A stretch of 60,885 nt of DNA, from IMG/VR virus record IMGVR_UViG_3300029319_000040, positions 1 to 60,885 of that record, one strand, 5' to 3'. The notes under the pieces are model-generated. The model was not told where the DNA came from. It did not search any database and was given only the letters and a program-made list of their open reading frames with translations. The DNA comes from a virus (lineage: Duplodnaviria > Caudoviricetes). Positions within the stretch are counted from its first letter, which is position 1; the number at the start of each line of letters is the position of its first letter. Both the position numbers and the translations under genes were made by a program. Below are positions 40,212 to 49,991 of the stretch, in pieces.

Positions 40212-40508
40212 TTACTTTCTTCTACCTCTTGCTCTTGTCTCGATACCAAACTTGTTTAGCCACTTTAAGATAGCCATAGGCGTTACACCGTAGTCGTCGG
40301 CTATATCTGCCATACTTCTACCCAACACCTCATACTGATTTCTTAACCACTCTTCATTACGGTAGTCTTTGCTCTTTTTAACCAATCTACCGCTAAATCC
40401 CCATTCACCAAGGGGTTGTTCTACCAACCCATCTTCGGGATGAATCGTAATGCTAGTTGTGTTGCCGTCGTCGTCTGTCAATAATATTTCTGCTTTCATA
40501 TAAATCAC
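40212..40508 (-). CDS. HTH DNA-binding protein
   Basis: EWLRNQY...RSMADIADDYGVTPMAILKWLNKFGI. Confidence 0.85.
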   Translation of the reverse strand: MIYMKAEILLTDDDGNTTSITIHPEDGLVEQPLGEWGFSGRLVKKSKDYRNEEWLRNQYEVLGRSMADIADDYGVTPMAILKWLNKFGIETRARGRRK

Positions 40509-41314
40509 TCCAATAACCCCACTTGGAAAACCATGTCTCCATTAGGGAATACGAACAGAATACGGGTTCCTTGTCCGTATTCACTGAAATCTAGGAAATG
40601 TAATGTAACATCTCCCCCATAATGTTTGAGTACCGAATCGATACCGCCTTCAATAGTTACCTCGCCAGCATCTAACATTTGGTCGGGTAGAGAAAAGATA
40701 GTTTCAGTAGCACCTTTCAATTCAGAGCCTACTTTGACGGACACATAATCAGCCTCATAAGAAAAGGTAAAGCGATTAGTCTTCTGTCCATTGATAGCAT
40801 CGCACCGTAGAGCCTCAAACAATTCAGATGAGTCAAGTGTGATAGAGAACTTAGGTAGTAGCCATTCACCCGTACTTTGCACTAAATACGCCCCATCTTC
40901 TCTCAGTTGGTCGAATCTATTTAGGCTTTTCTCAGCCCAAACAGATATTGCGTCAGGACAGTTAGCAAAGGCTGGAGCGTTGAGACTACTTGTTAGGGTC
41001 GTCTTCTTGTTCCTTGATTTTATCTCCAACTTATCGTTAGCCCATGACAAAGATACTTCTGTCCCATGATACGGTAGAATTCCTAGTACCGCGTCGATAG
41101 ATGCGATTGGTATATTGACCACCGGACTTTCATTAGGTGTAGAGAAACGCGAAAGGGAAGTAACACCATCACGCACTATGTTGATTGTCTCAATACAATC
41201 ACCAATGGGACGAAGTAGAGTAGATTCTACTTGGTCTTGCTTCTTGCCAGCAACCGTTTGTGGCCGCTTAGTTAGCGTAAGAAGCCTAGTCAGCGCATCG
41301 TTTCTAACATTCAT
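40505..41314 (-). CDS. Probable sliding clamp (PCNA-like)
   Basis: 269 aa, two-domain alpha/beta pattern, in operon with RFC and PolB; no diagnostic motif. Confidence 0.55.
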   Translation of the reverse strand: MNVRNDALTRLLTLTKRPQTVAGKKQDQVESTLLRPIGDCIETINIVRDGVTSLSRFSTPNESPVVNIPIASIDAVLGILPYHGTEVSLSWANDKLEIKSRNKKTTLTSSLNAPAFANCPDAISVWAEKSLNRFDQLREDGAYLVQSTGEWLLPKFSITLDSSELFEALRCDAINGQKTNRFTFSYEADYVSVKVGSELKGATETIFSLPDQMLDAGEVTIEGGIDSVLKHYGGDVTLHFLDFSEYGQGTRILFVFPNGDMVFQVGLLE

Positions 41315-41318
41315 TCAA

Positions 41319-42299
41319 TCACTCCCAATTCAAGAAAGGTAGACCAGACCAATTTACTTTGCCATCTTTGACAGATAGAATAGTGTGTGTCTCGCCTAGA
41401 TGTTCCATGTTGTGACCCTTCATTTCTTCAATGATTGCCTTTACTGCCCATTCACCTTCGGCTAAGGATTTGTCTCCCTTAACACCAGCCGCAGGGTCAG
41501 CCTTTTTCATGTATCTAGTTAGGAATATTTGTTGTGAGAAACAACGCATAGTTCCCTTCTCCCATTCAGGGCGTTCACCGACACTCATTAGGACTTTGCC
41601 ACCAGAGCCGTTATCCACATACTCTTGAATAGGTTTCAAGTGGAATGTGAAGAACACCTTCGGTACATCTAAACCATGAATACGTTGAATAGTATCTCGG
41701 AACAGTTTGTTACGAATGCGCCATTCTGCTTGGTTGAATCTATCTCCATCTTCGGGATTGACCGGATTCTTAGAGCGATTCTGCAATACATAAGTCATAG
41801 CCTGTTCGCACCACTTGAGGAAAGTAGAGCCACCATCAAAGATGATACCAGCATATTCTTCTCCAGCCTTAACACGTTCTGCTACAATATTAGTAAACCA
41901 CGATACCTTATCGATAAGAGCCGTATAGTTCACAGAGTTATCGTCATTGAAGATAGAATCATCTAACTCATCAAAGAGAGGAAGCACTATGATATTGTCC
42001 TTTCCGGGGTACAGATAATCAACGGTCTGCTTGGCAGAATTGTCCACATCGAAGATAGCGACTTTCTTTCCAGCCTCAATCTCCGCTTTTAGAAGGTCAA
42101 GTGCGAGTCCAGTTTTAGCAGTATTCTCACGGCCAACAAGAGCCATACGAACAGGACGATACTTTGCTTGGTTGTTGTCAAACAAGTTATTGTAGTAGTC
42201 TGCATCGTAAGCCGTCTTCATGGCTGGATTAGGAGTAGCGGCAGGGGCCGCAGTTGCGGTTACACTACGACCTTTGTATTCTGATTGGCCCCAACTCAT
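41319..42299 (-). CDS. RecA-fold (Sak4/AAA_24-like) ATPase
   Basis: Walker A GRENTAKT, AIFDVD, Walker B IIFDG, FTFH. Confidence 0.75.
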   Translation of the reverse strand: MSWGQSEYKGRSVTATAAPAATPNPAMKTAYDADYYNNLFDNNQAKYRPVRMALVGRENTAKTGLALDLLKAEIEAGKKVAIFDVDNSAKQTVDYLYPGKDNIIVLPLFDELDDSIFNDDNSVNYTALIDKVSWFTNIVAERVKAGEEYAGIIFDGGSTFLKWCEQAMTYVLQNRSKNPVNPEDGDRFNQAEWRIRNKLFRDTIQRIHGLDVPKVFFTFHLKPIQEYVDNGSGGKVLMSVGERPEWEKGTMRCFSQQIFLTRYMKKADPAAGVKGDKSLAEGEWAVKAIIEEMKGHNMEHLGETHTILSVKDGKVNWSGLPFLNWE

Positions 42300-43501
42300 G
42301 CGTCCCACCCATCATCCACAGAATCTACTGGTACGTCTGCCATAGGAGCAATCGCATCGAAGGCCCACCAACCATTTACAGATAGTCGGTACTCATCATC
42401 TTGAGTCTTCCAAGGTTGTGCAATCACAAGTACCTTAGTACCAACGGCGAAGTCAATCATACTTTCTTGGGAAGCAGGGATATAGATGTCCACCACTGGA
42501 GCCATAGAAGTAATATCCAAGTCAGCAACTACTAGATTGAAGCCACCGTTGTCGCGAGGTTCAATACTAATAACTTCTGTAAGTACACCAATGAGTCTAT
42601 CCCACCATCCATCAGTCCCATGATTAGCCTCATAGAACGGACCAACGGCATCAAGATTCTTCAATAGGTCATCGCCAAGCATACTGCCCATCAGACCACC
42701 ATCTTCGCTACGGAAGGGCGGTAGAGGGAATTCAGATGCTAGTGAATCGTCGCGGTTGAACACTGATACTCCAGCCTTAGCATAACCAACACCGTTGCGA
42801 CCCATACGAACCGCATAAGTTCCGGGTACAAAGGTAGGAGGTGCATCTTCGGCAACACTACCGGAAGCCTTGATTGTTACAGGGCCGTCAGCAGTAGCGA
42901 ATAACATAGTTCTCTCTAATTCCTTAGTAGGTCTAGCGGAGCCGTACTTGAAGTTAGCATCACCCGATGGGAAAGTCGGAGACTTGTTATCCCATACTAT
43001 GTAGTAGTAAGTAGACTCATCAAGTTGCTTGATATTCTTAGGCAACTCTGTAACTGAATCTTCATCGTAGTCTGCTTCAAAAGCAACTTTGTTTCGTAGA
43101 GATGGGTTGATAGCACGACTATAAGTACCGTCGTAATTATCGGTAAAGATTACTACTTTGCCCTGTGTTACTAAGGATTCTCGTACATCTTCACTAGCCA
43201 TCTTTAGAGTGTTGTCCATCTTACGGTATAGCAATTGGCCCCAATCTTTGTATCTAGGCACACTGATAAACATACCCTTTAGGGATTCAGCACCACTTCT
43301 TTTTAACTTAGCACTTTCGGATGCCAATTGTCTTGCTGCAACTCGTAGAGCAAACACTCCGCACTCTTCGTCATTCTTTCCAGCGTTTCGCCATGCTGAA
43401 CCCTGTTCTTCAAGAACAGATTCCATTCTCGTTTTGAGAACAGATACATCAACACCAACATTCGTTGCCACATTCTTCATCATATCTTCGGTTGTAGTCA
43501 T
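42296..43501 (-). CDS. Putative single-stranded DNA-binding (RPA/OB-fold) protein
   Basis: OB-like C-terminal strands, acidic-aromatic tail DSVDDGWDA, adjacent to recombinase-like ATPase. Confidence 0.5.
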   Translation of the reverse strand: MTTTEDMMKNVATNVGVDVSVLKTRMESVLEEQGSAWRNAGKNDEECGVFALRVAARQLASESAKLKRSGAESLKGMFISVPRYKDWGQLLYRKMDNTLKMASEDVRESLVTQGKVVIFTDNYDGTYSRAINPSLRNKVAFEADYDEDSVTELPKNIKQLDESTYYYIVWDNKSPTFPSGDANFKYGSARPTKELERTMLFATADGPVTIKASGSVAEDAPPTFVPGTYAVRMGRNGVGYAKAGVSVFNRDDSLASEFPLPPFRSEDGGLMGSMLGDDLLKNLDAVGPFYEANHGTDGWWDRLIGVLTEVISIEPRDNGGFNLVVADLDITSMAPVVDIYIPASQESMIDFAVGTKVLVIAQPWKTQDDEYRLSVNGWWAFDAIAPMADVPVDSVDDGWDA

Positions 43502-43553
43502 TCTATCACTTCCTGTGTATTTTCACCCAAATCGCTTAAGCATATAAATATTC

Positions 43554-44447
43554 TCATTCTACACACTCCCTTACAAAATTGGCGAGTATAAGGTCCGACG
43601 ATATGCCGGAAATGAGGTCGCGTTGTGCATTTATCAACGCATTGACGATTAGTAGTTTCGATTCTTGTTTTGCATCAGATTCTACCATGTAGTCAAAGAT
43701 GCCTCGTAGAGTATCTGCTAAGGGTTGCCCTTTGATAATCTTCAATGCGCCATCGAAGGACTTCTCTCGTACTGCTACACGAAGGAACTTAGCGTAGTCC
43801 ACAACGGGAGTATCTAAGGAAAACAAGAACTTGTCTTTGTCTGCACCATAATTAACATATGCTTGTAAGAAATTTATAGCAGAGCGAGCATCGCTATGAT
43901 GTTTTGCTATACGCTGAATAGTATCGTCCATCCTAACGAAACCAGCGACGTTTTCTTTGAGTGTTATCTCCCGTAAAATCCTTGCTATATCCCCTTTATA
44001 GTAAGGGCGGAAATGTATTACTTTGCATCGCGATTGTAGCCAAGGAGAAACCTTAGCGAGATTGTTACAAGTCAATATGAAATAACCATGAGCATTCTCC
44101 ATAACTCCTTTGAGAGCGGATTGGGCCGCATCAGTCAATTGGTCTGCCTCATCAAGTAGGAAAATTTGTTTGTCATTACCTGTTCTCGTTCTAGGGATTA
44201 GTTCTTCTTCGATGAACCCAATACCCCTCTCATTCCTAGTAGAAGCATTGAACACATGAAGTTGCATCCCAAACTCATTAGCCAAAACGCGAGCAATAGT
44301 AGTTTTCCCTGTACCCGGTTCTTGAGAATGAAACAAGAAATTCTGCGATACATAACCCATATTCTCAAATTGGGCTACAATATCATCACGACCTATCACA
44401 TCTTTGAATGTGGTGGGCCTATGCTTCTGTGACCATATCTCAGTCAT
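43554..44447 (-). CDS. rfcS: Replication factor C small subunit (clamp loader)
   Basis: WSQKHRP, PGTGKTT, NAS..RG, LLDEAD, LQSRC. Confidence 0.93.
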   Translation of the reverse strand: MTEIWSQKHRPTTFKDVIGRDDIVAQFENMGYVSQNFLFHSQEPGTGKTTIARVLANEFGMQLHVFNASTRNERGIGFIEEELIPRTRTGNDKQIFLLDEADQLTDAAQSALKGVMENAHGYFILTCNNLAKVSPWLQSRCKVIHFRPYYKGDIARILREITLKENVAGFVRMDDTIQRIAKHHSDARSAINFLQAYVNYGADKDKFLFSLDTPVVDYAKFLRVAVREKSFDGALKIIKGQPLADTLRGIFDYMVESDAKQESKLLIVNALINAQRDLISGISSDLILANFVRECVE

Positions 44448-44695
44448 TATTCACCACCACAAATCCTGTGTTCTTCTGGTAGATGCTTAACTCGCTTTTC
44501 ACGCATACCTCTCAAAATATCCTTAATGTTTTTTAGTGCCGTGTTATATCTTTTGACTGCTACACTATCACCCATCGGTACTAAACCATCTTCTGCCAAT
44601 TCTTGAGTGCTAGTATAATCATAGCCCTCTTCATCACCAATCAACATATTCAGTATTTCCCATTCAACGTGTTTCACACTCTTTGCTCTAATCAT
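44447..44695 (-). CDS. Hypothetical protein
   Basis: 82-aa ORF downstream of a motif/TATA promoter. Confidence 0.75.
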   Translation of the reverse strand: MIRAKSVKHVEWEILNMLIGDEEGYDYTSTQELAEDGLVPMGDSVAVKRYNTALKNIKDILRGMREKRVKHLPEEHRICGGE

Positions 44696-44734
44696 TCATC
44701 ATTCCCCCTTACATATTGTACTCGACCAGTAAGG

Positions 44735-44767
44735 TTATAAACATTACGGTTAGCAGTAAGAGTGTGT
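44735..44767 (-). promoter_or_regulatory. 16-bp motif + TATA promoter
   Basis: + strand AGCAGTAAGAGTGTGT at 44752-44767, TTATA 17 nt to its left. Confidence 0.8.
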
Positions 44768-44771
44768 CGCC

Positions 44772-45170
44772 TCATGAGCGAATACAATGAAGACAAACTT
44801 GTGATTCTGGTGGGAAAACTCGGTTTCGGCCACATACTGAACACTTCTCCATCTTACTCTTTTCTTTTGGTGTTGCTACGCTAGGACTTCTTGTATATGT
44901 GATGTCGTCCTTACTGTGTATCAACTCCCTATTAATATCATATATCGCGTGTTTGGATTTAACTCCTACGGCGTTTTCTACCTTTTCACTCCCTACTATT
45001 ATGACCTGTGTATTTTTAGCAAGTAAGGAAGACAATGTGTGTGGCGAAGGAACTACTCTAACAGATTTAGTCTGTGTTAGATGTGTAGCCATCTTCTCCT
45101 TCGTCATCGGACCATGCTCCCAAAGCAGGTCTACAATCAACCTACGGATTCTTCGGTTGTTAGCACCCAT
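44772..45170 (-). CDS. Winged-helix protein with C-terminal Zn ribbon
   Basis: LLWEHGPMT...SPHTLSSLL; CSVC..CLHC. Confidence 0.75.
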   Translation of the reverse strand: MGANNRRIRRLIVDLLWEHGPMTKEKMATHLTQTKSVRVVPSPHTLSSLLAKNTQVIIVGSEKVENAVGVKSKHAIYDINRELIHSKDDITYTRSPSVATPKEKSKMEKCSVCGRNRVFPPESQVCLHCIRS

Positions 45171-45198
45171 TGACTTATGAATATATCAAACACCTTTA

Positions 45199-45492
45199 TT
45201 AATCATCCCCCAAAGAAAGCCACATCGATGACTCTACAAACGCTTCCGCGTGTCTATGCCTTCTATATTCTTGCCAATCCCACTGATTAGGTTTTAGAGC
45301 AGTAGTCTTGATTTCAGCCTCTACTGGCCTTTGGATATTTTCACTGTGGGTAAATTCTATATTGGCAATCTTGTTGATTATTTTGGCAAGCGAATTCATC
45401 ATATATTCTGCAATATTTGGACTTACAAACCAAACGAATACAACACCAATCAAAAGAGGTATGTCAAAAAGATAAGGGTTACTCATACCCAA
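45199..45492 (-). CDS. Small membrane protein
   Basis: N-terminal hydrophobic helix. Confidence 0.65.
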   Translation of the reverse strand: MGMSNPYLFDIPLLIGVVFVWFVSPNIAEYMMNSLAKIINKIANIEFTHSENIQRPVEAEIKTTALKPNQWDWQEYRRHRHAEAFVESSMWLSLGDD

Positions 45493-46157
45493 CCCACCAC
45501 CTTTTCTTTTGTCTTCTTTAGATTCTTGACAGTATCTCCACCATCCCTAACTTCGTTACGAACCTCGGCACTACCATCTATGATTTCCCTCCAATACAAA
45601 TCATTAGAACGAAACGGCTTAGGAGGCAACTGCACCTTAGACTTCTTCTTAGGCCAAACCACACGTTTGCCACTAGGCTTGATAGCATAAGCAACAATCG
45701 CGTAAATGTATTTATCTGCTACCTCATACTTACATTCATTCAGTAGTCTATGTAAATTTATATCATCCGGCCTATTCGCCTCTACAAACGAGAGAAGTAG
45801 GGGAACGGGAACGGATTGTATTTGTTGGTACACAAAGTTTCTATCTCGGACTCTAAACACACATTGTATCGCTCTAATATGGTCTTCTTTATCTTTGTTA
45901 AGAGAATCATCTACTATGACAAAATCAGAACTCTTGTCCGTAAGTTTCGGAGGCTTTTCAGTAATTATTACAAGACGATAGGAGATTAGGTCGCGCCATT
46001 CTAAAGCATCTTTCTCCGTGAATTTATCTGAATGGAGAATGAGTGTAAGATTAGCCACGCTCGGAGAAGTATTGATTTCTTTGAACATCTCGACGTAGTT
46101 GCCTTCTTTGTACGGTCTTTCGTCGGCACTATAAATCACTACTCCCAATAAGGCCAC
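45483..46157 (-). CDS. Hypothetical protein
   Basis: 224-aa coupled ORF in replication arm. Confidence 0.75.
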   Translation of the reverse strand: MALLGVVIYSADERPYKEGNYVEMFKEINTSPSVANLTLILHSDKFTEKDALEWRDLISYRLVIITEKPPKLTDKSSDFVIVDDSLNKDKEDHIRAIQCVFRVRDRNFVYQQIQSVPVPLLLSFVEANRPDDINLHRLLNECKYEVADKYIYAIVAYAIKPSGKRVVWPKKKSKVQLPPKPFRSNDLYWREIIDGSAEVRNEVRDGGDTVKNLKKTKEKVVGWV

Positions 46158-46402
46158 CCCTCTTCTATGATGTGGTTTTTGATACGGTCCATTTGTTTCC
46201 TACTGAGATTCCAAACCCTCATGACTTCTGCACTACTGATAGAGTAATGACCACAATACCATTTCAATCCGTAGGTATCTAGTATAGGTATGAGTCCAGT
46301 CTCATCCATAGCAGAGAACAACTTAGGCAAGTCGTCCTTGTAGATAGCCCTATTCACCAACTGTCGTGCGTGTGTTCTCCATTTGATAGGCTCTCCAGTC
46401 AT
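46139..46402 (-). CDS. Hypothetical protein
   Basis: ATG start coupled to upstream stop (TAATG). Confidence 0.7.
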   Translation of the reverse strand: MTGEPIKWRTHARQLVNRAIYKDDLPKLFSAMDETGLIPILDTYGLKWYCGHYSISSAEVMRVWNLSRKQMDRIKNHIIEEGWPYWE

Positions 46403-47028
46403 TACAAATCCTCCCATTCTACATCTATGACAGTATGTGTAGGTGCTTTCAAAGATGCCATATGCAACTCTATTTTGTCTAATAAGTCGGGATGAGGTTC
46501 AAGAGTATTTACTAAGTTACGCATGAAATCATTCATACGATTCTCGGCAAGAAGCAATTGAGAATCTACCCCAATCTCCTTCTTCAATTGACCTACAAGT
46601 TTCAAAGAGGTATTTGCTTGAGCAACTAACTTTGTAGCATCAGCGACCCACTCTGATGATATACCATCTTGTGCCTTTAGCACTTCTAACTCATCCAGCC
46701 ATCCGACCAAACGAAGGACAAGACCTTCTGCCATATCTAAGGTATTGATTGACTCTTCTCGCATCTTCTCTACATGGGATGCTTCTTCGGGGTCGAACTC
46801 TAAGTGATTATCCATATGATTGTCACAAGTACCTTCGGGCCAACCATATCTTACTTCTACTATATTAGGTCCGATTTCCCTATTGCTCAATTGAATTTCC
46901 AATTGTCTTTTACCAGCCAAATCACAAAAGGGACAAGGAGAAGATTTGAGAACCCATCTAAGAGTTTCAATGACTATCGGTTCACCCGACTGTGCTAGTC
47001 GTTCTTCTATCTCCCGTTGAGTTTTCAT
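46402..47028 (-). CDS. Zn-binding HTH/coiled-coil protein (possible terminase small subunit)
   Basis: CPFC...HMDNH then helical coiled-coil; function inferred only. Confidence 0.45.
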   Translation of the reverse strand: MKTQREIEERLAQSGEPIVIETLRWVLKSSPCPFCDLAGKRQLEIQLSNREIGPNIVEVRYGWPEGTCDNHMDNHLEFDPEEASHVEKMREESINTLDMAEGLVLRLVGWLDELEVLKAQDGISSEWVADATKLVAQANTSLKLVGQLKKEIGVDSQLLLAENRMNDFMRNLVNTLEPHPDLLDKIELHMASLKAPTHTVIDVEWEDL

Positions 47029-47095
47029 TTAGTTCTCTCCCACTTACAGTGCAAACATTCCCTATGCTTTGAAATCATTCCACAACATTGACATC

Positions 47096-47362
47096 TCATT
47101 CTTCTTCCCCCCTTACAACATCCCAAATGTAAACAGTACCTTGCATACCACTTTTGTAAAATCTAGCATCCTTCTTTAGCCATCTCGCGGCCTGATTGAT
47201 AGTAACACCAGCCCTTGATGAACAAATAGATTTACCGTTCTTGAAAGTAGCGTAACGTAAAACTTGCCTCAAGGTGCAAGGTCCGTTATGCAATAAATAT
47301 TCGTACATAGCATCCACCGCCCAAGGCGTTGTTCTTTTAGCCCTTGAAGTTCTAGGACTCAT
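47096..47362 (-). CDS. Winged-helix protein
   Basis: YLLHNGPCT...INQAARWLKKDARF...WDVV. Confidence 0.7.
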   Translation of the reverse strand: MSPRTSRAKRTTPWAVDAMYEYLLHNGPCTLRQVLRYATFKNGKSICSSRAGVTINQAARWLKKDARFYKSGMQGTVYIWDVVRGEEE

Positions 47363-48693
47363 TCTTGTTCACCCCAAGGATTAGGCCCGCGCTCATTTGT
47401 AACAGGTCCGATACGACACATAACACCTCGTCGCCCTCTACCTTTCTTAGCCGAAGGCTCATACTCTCTATACCAAGGCTGCCCTTGTAGATTCTCAATA
47501 ATCCAACGCTTTGCTGATTGATAGTCACCAGCAGTAACCATACGAGAAACCTCTTTGATAAGTGTGGACTTTGTAATATCTTGCATCCAAAACGCATCTT
47601 TCATGAGTAGTGTGTCTGCATCCATAACTCTCCTTCTCATCATCAAGGACTTGGCTAGAATATCTTCTAGTCGCTCATCCATAGTTACAAGCAACGGTTC
47701 ACCCCCACGATAATTTGGACTCATCATGTGGTAGCCTATTGCTATACGCCTAAAAAGGTCTGCCTCAAACGAGCGTACCTTTGGTGATTCCAACCATGCT
47801 AAGATAGAGTCATCAAACAAAACACCGCTAGGAGGATTAGCCACCGCATCATCTAATCTAGTTCGTAACCATCCTTTGATTGCTATGGCCTTTTCTGCCA
47901 ACGATACCCTTTCCTCGGTAGTCATGTTAGATTGAGCGTGTTGCGCTCTTTTGAAAGCCAACTCTTTCTCATCACTCATCTCAATATCTATGATAAAGAA
48001 ACGACGGTCAAGACCAGAATCTAACTCAAATCTAGCAGGTTGCGTACCAGCCCAAACAGTGTAGCGAGTAGTGTACTGAACCCAACCAGCCTTCATACCT
48101 TTCTGCACTCTACCATTATCTAATGATGTAAGAAGTTGGTTTTTCATATCTAGGCTATGGTCTTTCTTGGAGGCATCAGACATAGATGAGAACTCTTCAA
48201 AACCAAGGAACCCACCGCATAGTTCTCTAGCGATAGGTCTGCCCATGATGTCGCCATCTTCATTCACTGAACCAAACATACCTGCTTCTGTTATACTGTT
48301 CGGTCCCATCATAGTTCTAAATCCTTCTCCCAAATCAGCGTTGAAATTATGAAGGAGTCCAGTGCCTTCTGCTAGGAACATAAGAATCAAAACCGATTTA
48401 CCAGAACCCTTTGCACCACGAAGCATGATGTGGATTCTTGTATCAGGTAGTTGCGACATCGGAGTGTAGAACGGTATGTTACTATGTCTCAAAGGACAAG
48501 AGGTAATAGTAAAATCATTCTCTGCATCTACTAATGGAGATTCGGGGTCGAAGTCACATCTACTGCATTTGTTTAGTGCATTGAAGATATGCGCGCCAAC
48601 AGAACAAACGAATATAGGTATCTTATCATCTACACCAACATAGTGATTTCTTTTAGCGAAATCCTTTACCTCTTCTATTATATCGAAACTCAT
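47359..48693 (-). CDS. mcm: MCM-like AAA+ helicase (N-terminally short)
   Basis: HIMLRGAKGSGKS, TEAGMFGS, GGFLGFEEF, DNGRV, AGTQP, LDRRF. Confidence 0.8.
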   Translation of the reverse strand: MSFDIIEEVKDFAKRNHYVGVDDKIPIFVCSVGAHIFNALNKCSRCDFDPESPLVDAENDFTITSCPLRHSNIPFYTPMSQLPDTRIHIMLRGAKGSGKSVLILMFLAEGTGLLHNFNADLGEGFRTMMGPNSITEAGMFGSVNEDGDIMGRPIARELCGGFLGFEEFSSMSDASKKDHSLDMKNQLLTSLDNGRVQKGMKAGWVQYTTRYTVWAGTQPARFELDSGLDRRFFIIDIEMSDEKELAFKRAQHAQSNMTTEERVSLAEKAIAIKGWLRTRLDDAVANPPSGVLFDDSILAWLESPKVRSFEADLFRRIAIGYHMMSPNYRGGEPLLVTMDERLEDILAKSLMMRRRVMDADTLLMKDAFWMQDITKSTLIKEVSRMVTAGDYQSAKRWIIENLQGQPWYREYEPSAKKGRGRRGVMCRIGPVTNERGPNPWGEQE

Positions 48694-49502
48694 ATGTGAT
48701 AGCCCCCACTACTGTCATTCTCATCAAAGAAAGGAGGATTCAATCTGCCGTCGGTTTCAAAGGAGTTCAATATACCTCTGAACTCATTTACTGTTGTAGA
48801 ATCAGAATCAACCTTTAGTCCCAAACTATCTGAATAGAAATCTATTAGATGTTGAACGGCCACTTCATCTACGCCCATATTGTCACTCTTAACACAAATC
48901 AACATAGACAAATAACCATTACCACTATCTCTATCTGTTAGTTTAGCGTAAAGTTCACAGAATATCCAACAAGGGGTCATCAGTCCTAGTTCGCTATTCT
49001 GCACCCCACCTTTCATATCTTTGTCGTGGAAATCATACATAATCAAATCAGAGCCACCGATTGCCTTTTCACTATGGGCAACAGAAGTAAGCATGAATAA
49101 CTGCTCTACACCTAATTCCAAAAACAAATTGACTACATCTCTAGCCATAGGATAACACCACAACCAATTAGTAGTATCTGTTGGAGTATTAGGTTCAGGC
49201 CAATTCGTCAATCTAAGGAGGTAAATTCTATCCCCCTCTTCATCTTCTAATTCGTACACAAGCCAGCAAGGTTCTAACAAATCTGGAATAGCGTTGAAAG
49301 GCTCGACAGATTGATACCTTGAGTAAATCCTAGCGACGGGTTCTCTACCACCGATAACACTCATGGAAGATACCAAAGAAGCATGACCTGACTCTCCCTG
49401 CATAAATATAATCAGAGCAGAAGGTTTTGTTTCATGCGCCTTATCTGTCCATATAACATCAATATCTTCGTAACTCTCCATCTCAGGCATATCAATCACC
49501 AC
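48690..49502 (-). CDS. PAC2 (proteasome assembly chaperone)-like protein
   Basis: DVVNLFLELGVEQLFMLTS and DEVAVQHLI...LGLKVD resemble PAC2-family patterns; 270 aa. Confidence 0.5.
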   Translation of the reverse strand: MVIDMPEMESYEDIDVIWTDKAHETKPSALIIFMQGESGHASLVSSMSVIGGREPVARIYSRYQSVEPFNAIPDLLEPCWLVYELEDEEGDRIYLLRLTNWPEPNTPTDTTNWLWCYPMARDVVNLFLELGVEQLFMLTSVAHSEKAIGGSDLIMYDFHDKDMKGGVQNSELGLMTPCWIFCELYAKLTDRDSGNGYLSMLICVKSDNMGVDEVAVQHLIDFYSDSLGLKVDSDSTTVNEFRGILNSFETDGRLNPPFFDENDSSGGYHI

Positions 49503-49974
49503 CGTCTTTACCCAAAACCTGTTCGGATATTAATAACTGTATAGAATCTGCCATACTCTTAGGTAATTGTTCTAAGGTAGATACTCGGTGTTTAGTCGAG
49601 TCTTCATACCATACTGCCATTTCTTCAATGCTTACTGCTTGATATACAGGTATAGGTGTAGTGTAACGAGAATAAGTTTTCATCGTACTACCTTCTGGTA
49701 TTGTTCTTCTGCTAGATTTTTCTTCTCCTATCTTACGAAAGAATTTATTCTTAGACAGTATTTGAGTTACTTGATTAGTAGTGTAAGACCCTTGGTTTTT
49801 TCCATAAACATAAGTCTCCCCTTTGTTAGTCTTTCTAGTTTTAGTCGATTCTAGTTCTTTCAAGTGTTCTATAATCTCATGAGTATTAGCACTCCCCACT
49901 TCATTTAAGAAGTTCCAAATTTTCATTTTCAACTTACTGTGTCTACATCTTCTTCTATTTGCCATTCTTTTCAC
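49492..49974 (-). CDS. Winged-helix protein
   Basis: FLNEVGSANTHEII...TTNQVTQILSKNKFFRKIG. Confidence 0.7.
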   Translation of the reverse strand: MKRMANRRRCRHSKLKMKIWNFLNEVGSANTHEIIEHLKELESTKTRKTNKGETYVYGKNQGSYTTNQVTQILSKNKFFRKIGEEKSSRRTIPEGSTMKTYSRYTTPIPVYQAVSIEEMAVWYEDSTKHRVSTLEQLPKSMADSIQLLISEQVLGKDGGD

Positions 49975-49991
49975 TCTCCTAAATTAATTCA

